Shown: piece by piece, positions 51,082 to 61,705 of the stretch
Position numbering within the stretch: position 1 is the stretch's first letter
How the letters are laid out: every line of letters begins with the position of its first letter
Origin: Alphaproteobacteria bacterium
GTDB taxonomy: Bacteria; Pseudomonadota; Alphaproteobacteria; RF32; CAG-239
Direction: 5' to 3'
DNA length: 64,000 nucleotides
Assembly (NCBI GenBank): GCA_045644765.1
Contig: JAZRHM010000029.1
Coordinates: 4,972-68,971 of the forward strand
The notes under the pieces: model-generated
Database searches by the model: none
What the model saw: the letters and a program-made list of their open reading frames with translations, nothing else
Told to the model about the DNA's origin: nothing
Program-made: the position numbers and the translations under genes

Positions 51082-51642
51082 TTAGCGGGAAATTGCTTTC
51101 ATCTTCTCATTAATACGAGGGGCGTTGCCTTCGTAACTGAAATATTCCGCAATTTCACCATAAGTAATGTCATTGTCTAAGTGGGAGTATGGGTGCTTTT
51201 TTGGTGAATTAAGTTGCCAATGTCCCAACTTTTTGTTGGTAATATCTTCGAGAGTTATCATCAAATCAATAAATCCGACAAATGGATTCCTGAAAACATT
51301 ACAATTACCGATAGCAGTGTCTTTAAGTTGATTGATATCAAGCGAGCTAAATTCGGCAATATAAGCTAAAACATCTTCTTTTTTCCAAGTTCCCGTAATG
51401 TCAGTTATCCACTGGCGTAAGGTAGGATTTTGAAACATCATACAGTGTTCTTCAATATTGAAACGACGCATAATGATGCTTTTTACATCATTTAAAACTT
51501 GAGAATCAAAGTGGTTAATGTTTTTCGCCAAAACCATGCAATGATATTCTTCTCGATCCATAGTCTCTCTTGCAAAAGCAAGTCCCGGATGGCATGCTGC
51601 TACTTTCTTCGCAACGTATGCCTGTACTAATTCTGTTTTCAT
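51082..51642 (-). CDS. Hypothetical protein, paralog B (start trimmed to MKTELVQAYVAKKV by alignment with paralog A)
   Basis: As above. Confidence 0.6.
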   Translation of the reverse strand: MKTELVQAYVAKKVAACHPGLAFARETMDREEYHCMVLAKNINHFDSQVLNDVKSIIMRRFNIEEHCMMFQNPTLRQWITDITGTWKKEDVLAYIAEFSSLDINQLKDTAIGNCNVFRNPFVGFIDLMITLEDITNKKLGHWQLNSPKKHPYSHLDNDITYGEIAEYFSYEGNAPRINEKMKAISR

Positions 51643-51762
51643 AATTTTATGATAATTGGTTGTTAATAAAGTTTGTATCATATTTTTTTTTATAATACAA
51701 GTTTTTTTGTAAAAAAAATCCCCTCACTAAATTAGTGAAGGGCTTAAATCTTTGATAGACTT

Positions 51763-53694
51763 TTATTCTCCTAAATGAGGCATGGTTGCTTCTTCGGTAA
51801 GAACTTGTACAAAACTATCCAAAGACATAACTTCTTGTTTGTCTGATCCCAGTCTTCGAACAGTGACTGTTTTATTTTCTTGCTCTTTAGCGCCGACAAC
51901 AGCAATTACCGGAATTTTAGCAACTGAATGTTCTCTGATTTTGTAATTTATTTTTTCATTACGCAAATCAGATTTTGCTGTTAAACCTGCTTTTCTTAAG
52001 GTGGCTACAACTTCTTCTGCGTATCCGTCAAATTCGCTTACAATTGGTGCTACAACAACTTGCTCAGGTGAAAGCCACAATGGTAATTTTCCGGCATGGT
52101 TTTCTATTAAGATACCTAAAAAGCGCTCGATAGAACCAAACAAGGCTCTGTGCAGCATCACAGGACGATGTTTTTCTCCGTCTTCACCGATATAGGAAAT
52201 ATCAAAACGTTCAGGTAAGTTCATATCTACCTGAATGGTTCCGCATTGCCACTCACGGCCGATTGCGTCTTTTAAGATAAATTCTAACTTAGGACCATAA
52301 AAAGCACCTTCTCCGGGATTAATTTCGTATTCATAACCATGAGAAGTTAAGGCGTTTGCAAGAGAGTTTTCGCACAAATCCCAAATCTCATCAGAACCGA
52401 TACGATAAATACTGTCAGGTCTTGTAGAAAGGTAAATTTTTACTTCTTCAAAACCAAAATCTTTATAAATGTCTAAAATAAGCTTTAAGGTTCTGATGCA
52501 TTCTTCTTCCATTTGTTCAGGTGTGCAGAATATATGAGCATCATCTTGAGTAAATTCACGAACACGCATTAATCCCATTAAAGCTCCTGATGCTTCGTAG
52601 CGATTTACTTTACCGAATTCTGCTATACGCATAGGTAAATCTCTGTAAGATTTAATGCCTTGCTTAAACACCAACAATCCACCGGGGCAGTTCATAGGTT
52701 TGATACAAAAGCACTTGTTGTCTTCGGTTGTGCCTGAATAGTTATGTGCACCATATTTATCCCAGTGTCCCGATGTTTCCCATAAGCATCTGTCCATAAC
52801 AGCAGGTGTTGAAATTTCGGTATAACCGTTATTTTCTTGACGATTACGCATATATTCAATCAATTTGCGGTATATGCGATATCCTTTATCATGCCAAAAT
52901 ACGGCTCCCGGAGCATATTCAGGTTCAAAGTGGAACAAATCCATCTCTTTACCTAATTTACGATGGTCACGTTTAGCGGCCTCTTCTAACATGTCTAAAT
53001 ATGCTTTTAAATCTTTTTTATCAGCCCATGCAGTTGCGTAGATACGTTGCAACATTTCGTTTTCTGAATTTCCGCGCCAATATGCTCCTGCAACTTTCAT
53101 TAACTTAAAGGCTTCACCGATTTTTCCTGTAGACGGAACGTGAGGGCCGCGGCATAAATCAGTAAAGTTTCCCTGTTTATAAAGAGATATAACTTCTGTT
53201 TCAGGCAAATCATTAATTATTTCAGCTTTATAATGTTCTCCCATATCTTTAAAGAACTTAATTGCTTCGTTACGGTCTAAAACAAAACGTTCTATTTTTT
53301 CGTCGCGTTTTACAATTTCACGCATTTTAGCTTCAATTTTTTCAAAATCATCAGTTGTAAAAGGTTCTTTACGAGCGAAGTCATAATAAAAGCCGTTATC
53401 AATAGCAGGACCAATTGTTACTTGAACATTCGGCCAAAGTTCTTTCACAGCCTCGGCCATCACATGAGATGCAGAGTGGCGTAAAATGTGTAAACCTTCT
53501 TTGTCTTTTGTTGTAATAATGGTAACTGTCGAATCGGTTGTTATAGGTGTTGTCAAATCTTGCAACACATCATTAACTTTAACTGCAAGAGCAGCTTTTG
53601 CCAGCCCTTGGCTTATTTTAGCAGCAATATCGTAACCGCTGATATTATCTGCCATCTCTAAGACACTGCCGTCAGGCAACGTAATTTTTACCAT
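51763..53694 (-). CDS. thrS: Threonine--tRNA ligase
   Basis: TGS/second-additional domain, class II motifs (HRALFGSIERF), anticodon-binding domain. Confidence 0.95.
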   Translation of the reverse strand: MVKITLPDGSVLEMADNISGYDIAAKISQGLAKAALAVKVNDVLQDLTTPITTDSTVTIITTKDKEGLHILRHSASHVMAEAVKELWPNVQVTIGPAIDNGFYYDFARKEPFTTDDFEKIEAKMREIVKRDEKIERFVLDRNEAIKFFKDMGEHYKAEIINDLPETEVISLYKQGNFTDLCRGPHVPSTGKIGEAFKLMKVAGAYWRGNSENEMLQRIYATAWADKKDLKAYLDMLEEAAKRDHRKLGKEMDLFHFEPEYAPGAVFWHDKGYRIYRKLIEYMRNRQENNGYTEISTPAVMDRCLWETSGHWDKYGAHNYSGTTEDNKCFCIKPMNCPGGLLVFKQGIKSYRDLPMRIAEFGKVNRYEASGALMGLMRVREFTQDDAHIFCTPEQMEEECIRTLKLILDIYKDFGFEEVKIYLSTRPDSIYRIGSDEIWDLCENSLANALTSHGYEYEINPGEGAFYGPKLEFILKDAIGREWQCGTIQVDMNLPERFDISYIGEDGEKHRPVMLHRALFGSIERFLGILIENHAGKLPLWLSPEQVVVAPIVSEFDGYAEEVVATLRKAGLTAKSDLRNEKINYKIREHSVAKIPVIAVVGAKEQENKTVTVRRLGSDKQEVMSLDSFVQVLTEEATMPHLGE

Positions 53695-53736
53695 TATTTT
53701 CTTTCCTTTTTATATATTGTTAAATTTTTTTAGCTT

Positions 53737-54888
53737 CTACATATTAATCAATTCGTTATAAACTGCAATAGTTTTTTCACACATAATTTGCTTGGTGAAA
53801 TTATTTTTTACATATTCTATTGCTGCTTTGCCTATTTTTTCACGTTCTTTTGATGAAAGTTCCAAAGCCCATGTTAAAGCTTCGGCCAATGAATTAGCAT
53901 CACCGGATATGAAGTGCTTTCCTGTTTTACCGTCAACCAAATTTTCTAATGAACCGCCGATGTTTGATGCAACAACAATTCGTCCCATGGCTTCGCCTTC
54001 AGCTGCGATTCTGCCGAAAGCCTCAGGATCAGTAGATGCTGATACCACAATGTCGGATATCATCATCATGGCCGGAACATCAGAGACATGTTTTATAAAA
54101 GAAAATCTTCCTTCCATACCTTTGTTTACAATTGTTTCTTTTAATTCTTCGGTGTAGTATGTGCGTCCTTGATCATCTCCGACAAAAACGCAGAAGAAAT
54201 CTTTTTCTTTTATTTTCTCTAATGCTTCAATTAAAAGCTTTTGCCCCTTCCATCTGGTTAATCTGCCGATAAGCAAAATAATCGGTTTATCTTCAGGTAA
54301 ATGATTTTCTTCCATAAGTTTAATCATTCTTTCGGCACTGACATTGTTTACGTCAAAATTTTCCATATTGACGCAACGATGAATCAGCCTTATTTTATCT
54401 TCATTACATTTGTAGTTTTTTAAAATATGCTGTTTGATATGGTTGGAAATTGCAATAACCAGATCGCCATAGGTCATCACTTTATTGTAAGCTTTTTTGA
54501 TGCCTTTGGGACCCAACCCGTATGTCCCATGAAATGTGGTTAAATATTTTGCACCTGTTTTTTTTGCAGCCCAGTATGCACTCCAAGCCGGAGCGCGAGA
54601 GCGAGCATGAACAATATTGATATCGTTTTCCTTTATGATTTTTACCAAACGACGATAGTTTAGCCAAAGTTTAATAGGATTTTTTGTTTTTAACGGTAAT
54701 TTGAAGTGTGGTACTTTTATTCTATCTAAGTTATATGCCATGCGACCACCGGCAGAGGCAACAAAATTTTTTATTCCTTGTTTTTGAAGTTCTGTCGCAA
54801 TTTCGATAGTTCCTAATTCTACACCACCTTGATTAAGTTCAGGTAAAACTTGTAAAACTATCGGTTTTTTATCTTTATTTTTCTTCAT
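53737..54888 (-). CDS. GT-B glycosyltransferase (family 1/4)
   Basis: C-terminal EAFGRIAAEGEAMGRIVVASNIGGSLENLVDGKTG GT1 motif. Confidence 0.75.
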   Translation of the reverse strand: MKKNKDKKPIVLQVLPELNQGGVELGTIEIATELQKQGIKNFVASAGGRMAYNLDRIKVPHFKLPLKTKNPIKLWLNYRRLVKIIKENDINIVHARSRAPAWSAYWAAKKTGAKYLTTFHGTYGLGPKGIKKAYNKVMTYGDLVIAISNHIKQHILKNYKCNEDKIRLIHRCVNMENFDVNNVSAERMIKLMEENHLPEDKPIILLIGRLTRWKGQKLLIEALEKIKEKDFFCVFVGDDQGRTYYTEELKETIVNKGMEGRFSFIKHVSDVPAMMMISDIVVSASTDPEAFGRIAAEGEAMGRIVVASNIGGSLENLVDGKTGKHFISGDANSLAEALTWALELSSKEREKIGKAAIEYVKNNFTKQIMCEKTIAVYNELINM

Positions 54889-54997
54889 TTTAGTTTTTTA
54901 ACCTCGTTTAGTTGCTATTAATTGAACGCAGTTTAAAGCAAACCCGAATAAAACTCAAAGTTTTACTCAGGCTTATGCACACAGATTTGGGTTAAAA

Positions 54998-55321
54998 TCA
55001 GTTTAATGTTTCGGATATGTTTTCTTGAATTGATATTTCTGTTGCCGGATTCTGCTCCAAATTAGGATTAGAGTTGATTGGAGCAACTTCTACATCGTTA
55101 TCTTCAGGTAATGGAATAAAGTCGCCGGTTTGATTGGGTAAAGTGTTTTGTTGCTCTTGCGTGGGAGCTTGGTTTGGGGTGGGAGCTGAGTAAGTAACTT
55201 GCTCTATGTATGTGTCTGTGTTTGATGATGGCAACATATTGTTTCCTGCTTGAGAAGAGTATATCCCCAGTCCTCCTAAAACCAATATCATCGCACCGGT
55301 TAAATAGTAAAATTTATACAT
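54998..55321 (-). CDS. Small secreted/anchored Gln/Asn/Pro-rich protein
   Basis: N-terminal hydrophobic helix then low-complexity. Confidence 0.4.
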   Translation of the reverse strand: MYKFYYLTGAMILVLGGLGIYSSQAGNNMLPSSNTDTYIEQVTYSAPTPNQAPTQEQQNTLPNQTGDFIPLPEDNDVEVAPINSNPNLEQNPATEISIQENISETLN

Positions 55322-55387
55322 GATATTAACTCCTTAAAATAAAAATACAAAAAAAGATGTATGAAATATTTTTTTCTTTTCAATCTG

Positions 55388-56707
55388 TCATAAAGAATTA
55401 TTCGCTTCTCTGATAACAGGTTTAAAAAACTCTACCATGTAACTTAGAGCGTCAAATATGTGGCCTAAATATAATTTATCATTATCGTCTGATATTTGCG
55501 AAGGTGTTGCTTCATCAATGAGGGATGTTCCTTCTTTGAATTTTAAATTTTTCATATTGTAAATAAGCCATTTGCATTTCGGGTGAACTAAAATATTACG
55601 TTCGCCTGTGTCTGTATATACTTGTTTGTTAAAGGCGTTGATTCTGGCTAAAATTGGCGGATTAAACGAGCGTAAATTTAATCTGTAACGATATCCTGCT
55701 TTGGCTAATGTGTTAATGATAATTGCATAATCAGAATATCTTGATTGGGTTTTGCGATATTTGCCTGATGCATCGCCGCAAATCTGTATGGTGCCTTTAA
55801 ATTTTTCCGGAGGATAACGTCGAATAAATTCGTCGACAACATCTTGAGTTATTACGTTATTTAGAACAAGCTCGTCAAAAACAAAAAATTTTTTACCATC
55901 AAAGTGTGCCAGTGTTGACATGAAAGGATTGACGTTAAAATCTAAACTCCAATATATGTCTAAATCAGGTACATATCTGATTTGTTCGTTGATGTTGGCT
56001 GTCGACCAGTATTTAACAACTTTTACACTGTTTGCGTTTTTAGGTTTATTCAGATAATCTTGTTCGTATTCCTCCGGCTTGTTTTTTTTAATCAGTTCGG
56101 CATATTCAAGAAATTTATCAGACAGAATTCCGAGCTTTTCTATTTCCGGATAATTTACTTCAATAAAAAAAGTTTTTTGTGGCGCCTTCATATTTTCGTA
56201 ATCGAGGAATAGTGCACTTTCAACCGGTAATTCATCGCTTATGCGGTTGTAAATTACAATAAGTATAACGCCTTTTTTTCTGATGGTTTTGAGTAAAATT
56301 TGCCAAACGGCTCTGCTTATCATTTGCGCTTCGTCAATGATTAATATATCTATTTGAGCAAGCCCTTTTAGGTTTTCTCTTGCGTTTTGGTTTTTATCTT
56401 GTAAGCCCATAAAAAATAGTTCAGATTCTGTTTTGTTGTTCGTGATTCTGTTTTTTGTATATTCAAATCCTTTGTTTGTAAATTCGGTGTTGATTAATTC
56501 TTTGAATTCAATGTATAAACTTTCTTCTGTAGATATTTTTGTTTCTCTAAATACGGCTACTCTTTTTTTTGTTTTCATCATTTGGCATAAAATGGCTCGG
56601 CAGACGTGTCCGGTTTTTAAGGATCCTCTGCCTCCGGTTAATGCAAAAGTATCGTATTTGCCGTTATCCATTTGCAGAAGTGGTAAATATTTTTTATAAA
56701 ATATCAT
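55388..56707 (-). CDS. Phage terminase large subunit
   Basis: Walker A ALTGGRGSLKTGH, Walker B ILIIDEAQM, C-terminal nuclease-like region. Confidence 0.75.
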   Translation of the reverse strand: MIFYKKYLPLLQMDNGKYDTFALTGGRGSLKTGHVCRAILCQMMKTKKRVAVFRETKISTEESLYIEFKELINTEFTNKGFEYTKNRITNNKTESELFFMGLQDKNQNARENLKGLAQIDILIIDEAQMISRAVWQILLKTIRKKGVILIVIYNRISDELPVESALFLDYENMKAPQKTFFIEVNYPEIEKLGILSDKFLEYAELIKKNKPEEYEQDYLNKPKNANSVKVVKYWSTANINEQIRYVPDLDIYWSLDFNVNPFMSTLAHFDGKKFFVFDELVLNNVITQDVVDEFIRRYPPEKFKGTIQICGDASGKYRKTQSRYSDYAIIINTLAKAGYRYRLNLRSFNPPILARINAFNKQVYTDTGERNILVHPKCKWLIYNMKNLKFKEGTSLIDEATPSQISDDNDKLYLGHIFDALSYMVEFFKPVIREANNSL

Positions 56708-57111
56708 TTTTCCTCCTTGATTTTTTCTTGCTGTTTATCAAGTACATATTTCAAGATTTTATGTAATGAATGCGTGTATTTTGAGTATAATCTGCTTCGA
56801 GAATAACTAAATTTTGCAGTAAGTGTTTTCCATGAGTGGCCGGAATTTCTGACAAGAATTAAGTTGCGTTCGTCATAATCAACTTGTTTTAGCCAGTCTT
56901 CCAAAACTTCGTCCATATCATCTATTTCTTCAGGTAAAGGGGAAGTGTAAGATTTGCTTTTGTTAAGCATTATGGATTTAGTTTCTTCGTTTACATATGC
57001 TGGCCAATGAGATGAAATTTTTTTAGGACCGTCTGTTGGAAAAGTGCGTAAAATTCTTAAAGCTTTTTTTATTTCAAATTCTACGTCTTGTATATTTCTA
57101 ACTGGTTTCAT
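56704..57111 (-). CDS. Putative terminase small subunit / DNA-binding protein (4-nt overlap with terminase large gene)
   Basis: Position and C-terminal HTH-like SRSRLYSKYTHSL. Confidence 0.35.
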   Translation of the reverse strand: MKPVRNIQDVEFEIKKALRILRTFPTDGPKKISSHWPAYVNEETKSIMLNKSKSYTSPLPEEIDDMDEVLEDWLKQVDYDERNLILVRNSGHSWKTLTAKFSYSRSRLYSKYTHSLHKILKYVLDKQQEKIKEEK

Positions 57112-57247
57112 ATGATCTCCTTAATATATTAAAATTAATATCCAATATTTATATATTAATATTAATCAAGTCAAATATTAAAAATAATATTTGCACAATT
57201 ATTATGTTTAATATACATTGTATGCAATATCATATAAGGAGAAAGTT

Positions 57248-57952
57248 ATGGCAGATATTGAAGAAATCAGAAGAAAAGTAGATAAGCTTATAGCTGAAAA
57301 GGGTTTAAATTATCGTGATGCTTCGCTGAAAATAGGTAGAAAAGATTCGTATCTTCAGCAATATGTTAAATATGGATATCCTCGTCGCTTAAAAGAAATA
57401 GACCGTATGCGTTTAGCAAAACTTTTAGACGTTGATGATACGGAAATTATGGATGATGAGGTAATTGCATCAAAGACTATCGGATCAGCCAATGCAACTC
57501 TTAATGCAATATCAGATATCATTAAGGTTAGTTGTTCGTCAGAAGGTGATGTTATAGCAATTGATGTTTTGGCATCACAAATTGATGAAACTACAGATTT
57601 TTATAATAATGTTATAGGACGTCATCTTTTGAACAGAAATGTTTTGGAAGATTTTGGAACAAGTGATGTTAAAAATGTAAAAATCGTAAAAATATTAAAC
57701 GACGTTATGAAACCGACGATTAATTCCGGTGACAGTGTATGGTTTGATTGTTCTTATAAGCATCCGGAATCTGATGGCCTTTATCTGTTGCGTTCCGGAA
57801 GGGAGTTGTGTGTGAAACGCATTCAGACTTCTCCTATTGATGGTGTGGTCGAAATTGCTTCTGATAATGGACAATATAAGTCATATCAAGCAACTGACAG
57901 ACTATCGGTTAATGTTTTAGGTAAAGTCTTATTCGTTTTTCATAAACTTTAA
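57248..57952 (+). CDS. Phage CI/LexA-like repressor: N-terminal HTH + C-terminal S24 peptidase domain
   Basis: HTH (LNYRDASLKIGRKDSYLQQYV), S24 motifs (NSGDS Ser, CVKRI Lys); AAGGAG RBS. Confidence 0.7.
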   Translation: MADIEEIRRKVDKLIAEKGLNYRDASLKIGRKDSYLQQYVKYGYPRRLKEIDRMRLAKLLDVDDTEIMDDEVIASKTIGSANATLNAISDIIKVSCSSEGDVIAIDVLASQIDETTDFYNNVIGRHLLNRNVLEDFGTSDVKNVKIVKILNDVMKPTINSGDSVWFDCSYKHPESDGLYLLRSGRELCVKRIQTSPIDGVVEIASDNGQYKSYQATDRLSVNVLGKVLFVFHKL

Positions 57953-58076
57953 TTTTAAAAACTATCCACAGATCTTATCCTTGAAAAACAAAAGGATAAG
58001 ATCTTTTTTATATATCCCGTATATTAATATTGATATATTAAAATAATGTATTAATATTCATATATCGGAGGTGAGT

Positions 58077-58397
58077 ATGAAAACACTTGATGAATTAGAA
58101 AAAGAGATATCTTGCTTAAAAGAACAAATAATGTGTCAAGAAATAGGTAATGATTCTTATTATTTATCAGCATTATATCATGAGCAACTCTTAAGGCTTG
58201 AAGCTTTAGAGGAAGAAGCTAGTGTCTTAAGCGGTAAAAGTGTGCCGATTGAGGTGGATTTTGATAAATATCCACCAGAAAAATGTTCGCTTCTAAAAAA
58301 AATTGCTGAGCAGAACGGAATATGTTTTGCAAATAATTACAAAGACTTAAATGTGGATGATTTGAAGTTTTTGAACCATCTTTGCAAAAAAAATTAA
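58077..58397 (+). CDS. Hypothetical coiled-coil protein (107 aa)
   Basis: GGAGG RBS; no motif. Confidence 0.4.
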   Translation: MKTLDELEKEISCLKEQIMCQEIGNDSYYLSALYHEQLLRLEALEEEASVLSGKSVPIEVDFDKYPPEKCSLLKKIAEQNGICFANNYKDLNVDDLKFLNHLCKKN

Positions 58398-58460
58398 AAA
58401 AAATAAAAATTATACTGGACATTGATGTTTTTTTACAGTATAAGACACTCTGTTACCGAT

Positions 58461-58536
<76 letters not shown>

Positions 58537-58539
58537 TTA

Positions 58540-58568
58540 AAAAAACGCCGAAAGGCGTTTTTTTTGTG
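58540..58568 (+). terminator. Terminator after tRNA-Phe (aaacgccgaaaggcgttt + T8)
   Basis: Read directly. Confidence 0.7.
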
Positions 58569-58618
58569 CTCTGACCAATCAGTCCAAAAGGTTTTGCCAA
58601 TATAATGTCGGTTGAAAG

Positions 58619-59395
58619 TTATCTGGATATGAGATTTTGCTGTTTTAACAGTAACTGATTGTTTTGCTGAGGTGTTTTGATATAAGAAATTAAGTCGTCA
58701 ATGGATGTTATAGGTAAAGAATGAAAATTTGCTTCACTTTTGGTAACTGAAGATAGATTATGCGCATCAGAGTTGTAGAATTTGTTTTTTAGTTTTAGTT
58801 CATCAGGAATAGCTCTATCCCAACGCAGTTTTTTATCAATGTTTGTTTCATCGGTAAAACGATATCTGTTACCGTTTTGAAATTCGTAGCCATCAATAAT
58901 TTCATATATTTGAGTTAATTCCCATTGTGGTGTACGCTCCAAATTAGGATGGCATAAAACAGTTGCCGTATCATTTCTATTTTGTTTTACTATATTAAGT
59001 AGATGTGTAATTATTTTTTGTTTATATTGAAGTGTTTGACCGTATTTTTTCTTTTCATTTAGATCCATGTTATCAATAAACTCAAAAATCTTACGTGTTG
59101 CCTTTTCCCCAAAAATAAGAATTTCTTCTTCATAAAGGGCGAGTTCTATCCCTTGGATACAAGGAAAATTAAGTTCTTTTGATATGTTTTCTAATTCAGA
59201 TGTTTGTTGTTGAAACTTTTCATAGGACTGTATACTCAAAGAATATGCATTACCAACAGATAACGGACATACATGGTCTGTGACCACAAATGCAGAAAAA
59301 CCTTCCTTTTGGTGTTCTTTTGCCATCTCAAACAGATTGGCTCCATCAGAATAGTGGCTATGAGAATGTATGTTTATTTTCATATTTATTTCCAT
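58619..59395 (-). CDS. PHP-domain (polymerase/histidinol-phosphatase-like) phosphoesterase
   Basis: N-terminal INIHSHSHYSDG and downstream His/Asp metal ligands. Confidence 0.65.
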   Translation of the reverse strand: MEINMKINIHSHSHYSDGANLFEMAKEHQKEGFSAFVVTDHVCPLSVGNAYSLSIQSYEKFQQQTSELENISKELNFPCIQGIELALYEEEILIFGEKATRKIFEFIDNMDLNEKKKYGQTLQYKQKIITHLLNIVKQNRNDTATVLCHPNLERTPQWELTQIYEIIDGYEFQNGNRYRFTDETNIDKKLRWDRAIPDELKLKNKFYNSDAHNLSSVTKSEANFHSLPITSIDDLISYIKTPQQNNQLLLKQQNLISR

Positions 59396-59443
59396 TTGTT
59401 ATGTGGTTATCTTTATTTATAAAGAAACTGTAGAAACGCTTTC

Positions 59444-60982
59444 TTAATCTCTTGTTTTAAACTCACTATTAGTGTTTGTTGGTATATTTTTTTCTTTATT
59501 ATTATTTTGAGCAATTGCAGATTCTACAATTTTTCTGGTTTCCGGACTAACTTTTTCTAACATTGAAATATCAAAATTAAATCCGTCGATTTTCATGTTA
59601 AATTTCAGATTTGCAGAATAGAATCTTAATTTTGTATCCAAACTGACCGTATCGTTAAAACGAATATTTTTTTGACCTGTTTTTTTAGCGTTTGCAATTA
59701 TATCATCATAAAAAGTGTTTTCAGTTATATCTGTTTTTTTGGAAATAGTTATTTTATTTTTATTATGATAAGTTACTTTTTGCTTGAATTTATCTTCAAC
59801 AGTAAGTGAGCATTTATTTTTAGAAACATCATAGTGATAGGTTGATGCTCTATAAAAGTTTTCCAGTTTTCCAATCCAATTTGTATCTTGATTCAGTTTA
59901 TGTTTTAATTCCTGAATTTTATCTTGAGGATCTGTTATACCTTGCGTTTTAACAGGGGTATGATTCTTGTTATCAACACATTCATCAACTGTTAATATTG
60001 TTTTTTCAATGTCAGATGAATTATGCAAACCGGAATGTAAAATTTCTTCTGCCAACCCATCTTTAAGGCCACCAACAGTTGTTATAACGGGAGTAAAATT
60101 TAAGTTTGGGCAAAATCTTTTGTTATAAAGTTTCTTGAACACATTTGAGATAATATGACAATGACCGATGAAACCGTCGATTCTGTCTTTGCTAATGTCA
60201 TATTCTTGCATAATTTGATTTTTGTTTTCAGCATTGTTGGCAATGTCTTGTAATTTAAATTGCAGATTTTTAAGCGACATTTTCTGCTGTTTTGCCATGG
60301 TTACATAAGCATCAAATTTTTGAGTTTTATATTGATGAGAAATAACTTTTGAAACAGCAGTAGAGTTAACTACACAAATTAAAGGATCTTCAATGCTATG
60401 ATTTGCAGATGATATTTGTTTTATAAAGTCAGTTATTTTTTTATCGAAAATAGCTTTATCGTTGCCGTATTTTTTGGAACCTAGGGGTAAAGAAACCGTA
60501 CTGACAATTGACGGACCTTTTGATGTTAAATTAACCAGTGAGATTTCCGTGCTGCCACCTCCGCTTTCAACGTATAAAACATTTTTTGCAGATAACAGAA
60601 CGTCTTTGTTTTTATCCCTATGTGCAGGTATGCTTTTTAAACCGCCAATAACTGATAAATAGGCTTCTCTTTTTGGAGATATAACATGAATTTTTCGACC
60701 TAATTTTTCCAAAATTATTTTTTTGATAGCGTCTTGGTTAGATGTTTGACGAAACGCTTCTGTAGCACAAATATATAACTTGTCTTTACTAATGCCATAT
60801 TGTTCTGTTAAATCAGCAAACTCTGTTACCAATGAGACAACCTCGTTTTCATTAAGGTCGTTTGCCAAAGATTGTTTTAACATCTTATTTTTAGGAGTAA
60901 TATAGCGACTATTATTATATATTTTACATTTTACGGCATTGGTTCCTATATCAATAACCGCAAAATTATTATTTTTAGACAT
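59444..60982 (-). CDS. Ppx/GppA-family phosphatase with ~200-aa C-terminal extension
   Basis: N-terminal AVIDIGTNAVKCKIY actin-like ATPase motif typical of Ppx/GppA. Confidence 0.6.
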   Translation of the reverse strand: MSKNNNFAVIDIGTNAVKCKIYNNSRYITPKNKMLKQSLANDLNENEVVSLVTEFADLTEQYGISKDKLYICATEAFRQTSNQDAIKKIILEKLGRKIHVISPKREAYLSVIGGLKSIPAHRDKNKDVLLSAKNVLYVESGGGSTEISLVNLTSKGPSIVSTVSLPLGSKKYGNDKAIFDKKITDFIKQISSANHSIEDPLICVVNSTAVSKVISHQYKTQKFDAYVTMAKQQKMSLKNLQFKLQDIANNAENKNQIMQEYDISKDRIDGFIGHCHIISNVFKKLYNKRFCPNLNFTPVITTVGGLKDGLAEEILHSGLHNSSDIEKTILTVDECVDNKNHTPVKTQGITDPQDKIQELKHKLNQDTNWIGKLENFYRASTYHYDVSKNKCSLTVEDKFKQKVTYHNKNKITISKKTDITENTFYDDIIANAKKTGQKNIRFNDTVSLDTKLRFYSANLKFNMKIDGFNFDISMLEKVSPETRKIVESAIAQNNNKEKNIPTNTNSEFKTRD

Positions 60983-61151
60983 ATTACACTATCCTGTATT
61001 GTTCTTTTTAATAATATATTTATAGCAGAAACTGTTCAAATAATCAATACTAAATTATACGTGAATATAGCGTGAAAATTATATTTAATATGTTAAAAAT
61101 AACTCCCAAATTCAAATACAAAAAAGCCACCTTTATGGTGGCTTTTTTGTT

Positions 61152-61315
61152 TGGTCGGGACTATAGGATTGACTTCGTCGAAACTGCACGGTTGCTTCGC
61201 ATCGGCATACTTCCGTCTGCCTACCGTTTGTTTTCAAACCTACTTTTGTATGTTCGAACCCTTAAGCCCGCCTTACAAACAAAAAACCTCACCACAAGGG
61301 TGAGGTCTTTATGTT
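61152..61315. repeat. att-like repeat unit U1: begins with 19 nt identical to tRNA-Pro 3' end (tggtcgggactataggatt) and ends with hairpin terminator; near-identical to 63506-63669
   Basis: Direct sequence comparison. Confidence 0.8.
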
Positions 61316-61577
61316 TGGTCGGATTGACCCCTACTAAATTATAAAAAAATACCCCATTTTATATAACATGGTTTTTTTGTCCTTTTTTCAGAGTGTTATG
61401 AGAGAGTGGTCGAACTTTCTCATCCATACTGATGGGGTTGACTAAATTTACTGCCCACTTGTTTTGTAAAAAAATTTTGTTGTTTTTCAATGAAATACAC
61501 TGACCACTAGGTTGTAACTTGACTTTTTTATTTTTCCAAGCATTGGTGTAAAGCAGATTATTAAAAAAGGAGATGCA

Positions 61578-61649
61578 ATGTCAAAAGAAGCAGAAAAATT
61601 AATTAAAATTATCCTGCCTGATTTATTTAAGTATTTGTATATACAATAA
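61578..61649 (+). CDS. Small ORF (23 aa, MSKEAEKLIKIILPDLFKYLYIQ) with AAGGAG RBS, 56 nt upstream of radical-SAM gene
   Basis: Manual translation; speculative. Confidence 0.25.
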   Translation: MSKEAEKLIKIILPDLFKYLYIQ

Positions 61650-61705
61650 AAAAGTATTGAAATTAGATAAAAATAGGTGTATAGTCCTAGTAAGGAGGTA
61701 AAAAT

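Noticed and set aside
61072-61344. 90-aa ORF spanning repeat unit U1
   Set aside because: Lies entirely over the att-like repeat and terminator hairpins; no RBS; same sequence recurs at U2 without an ORF context.
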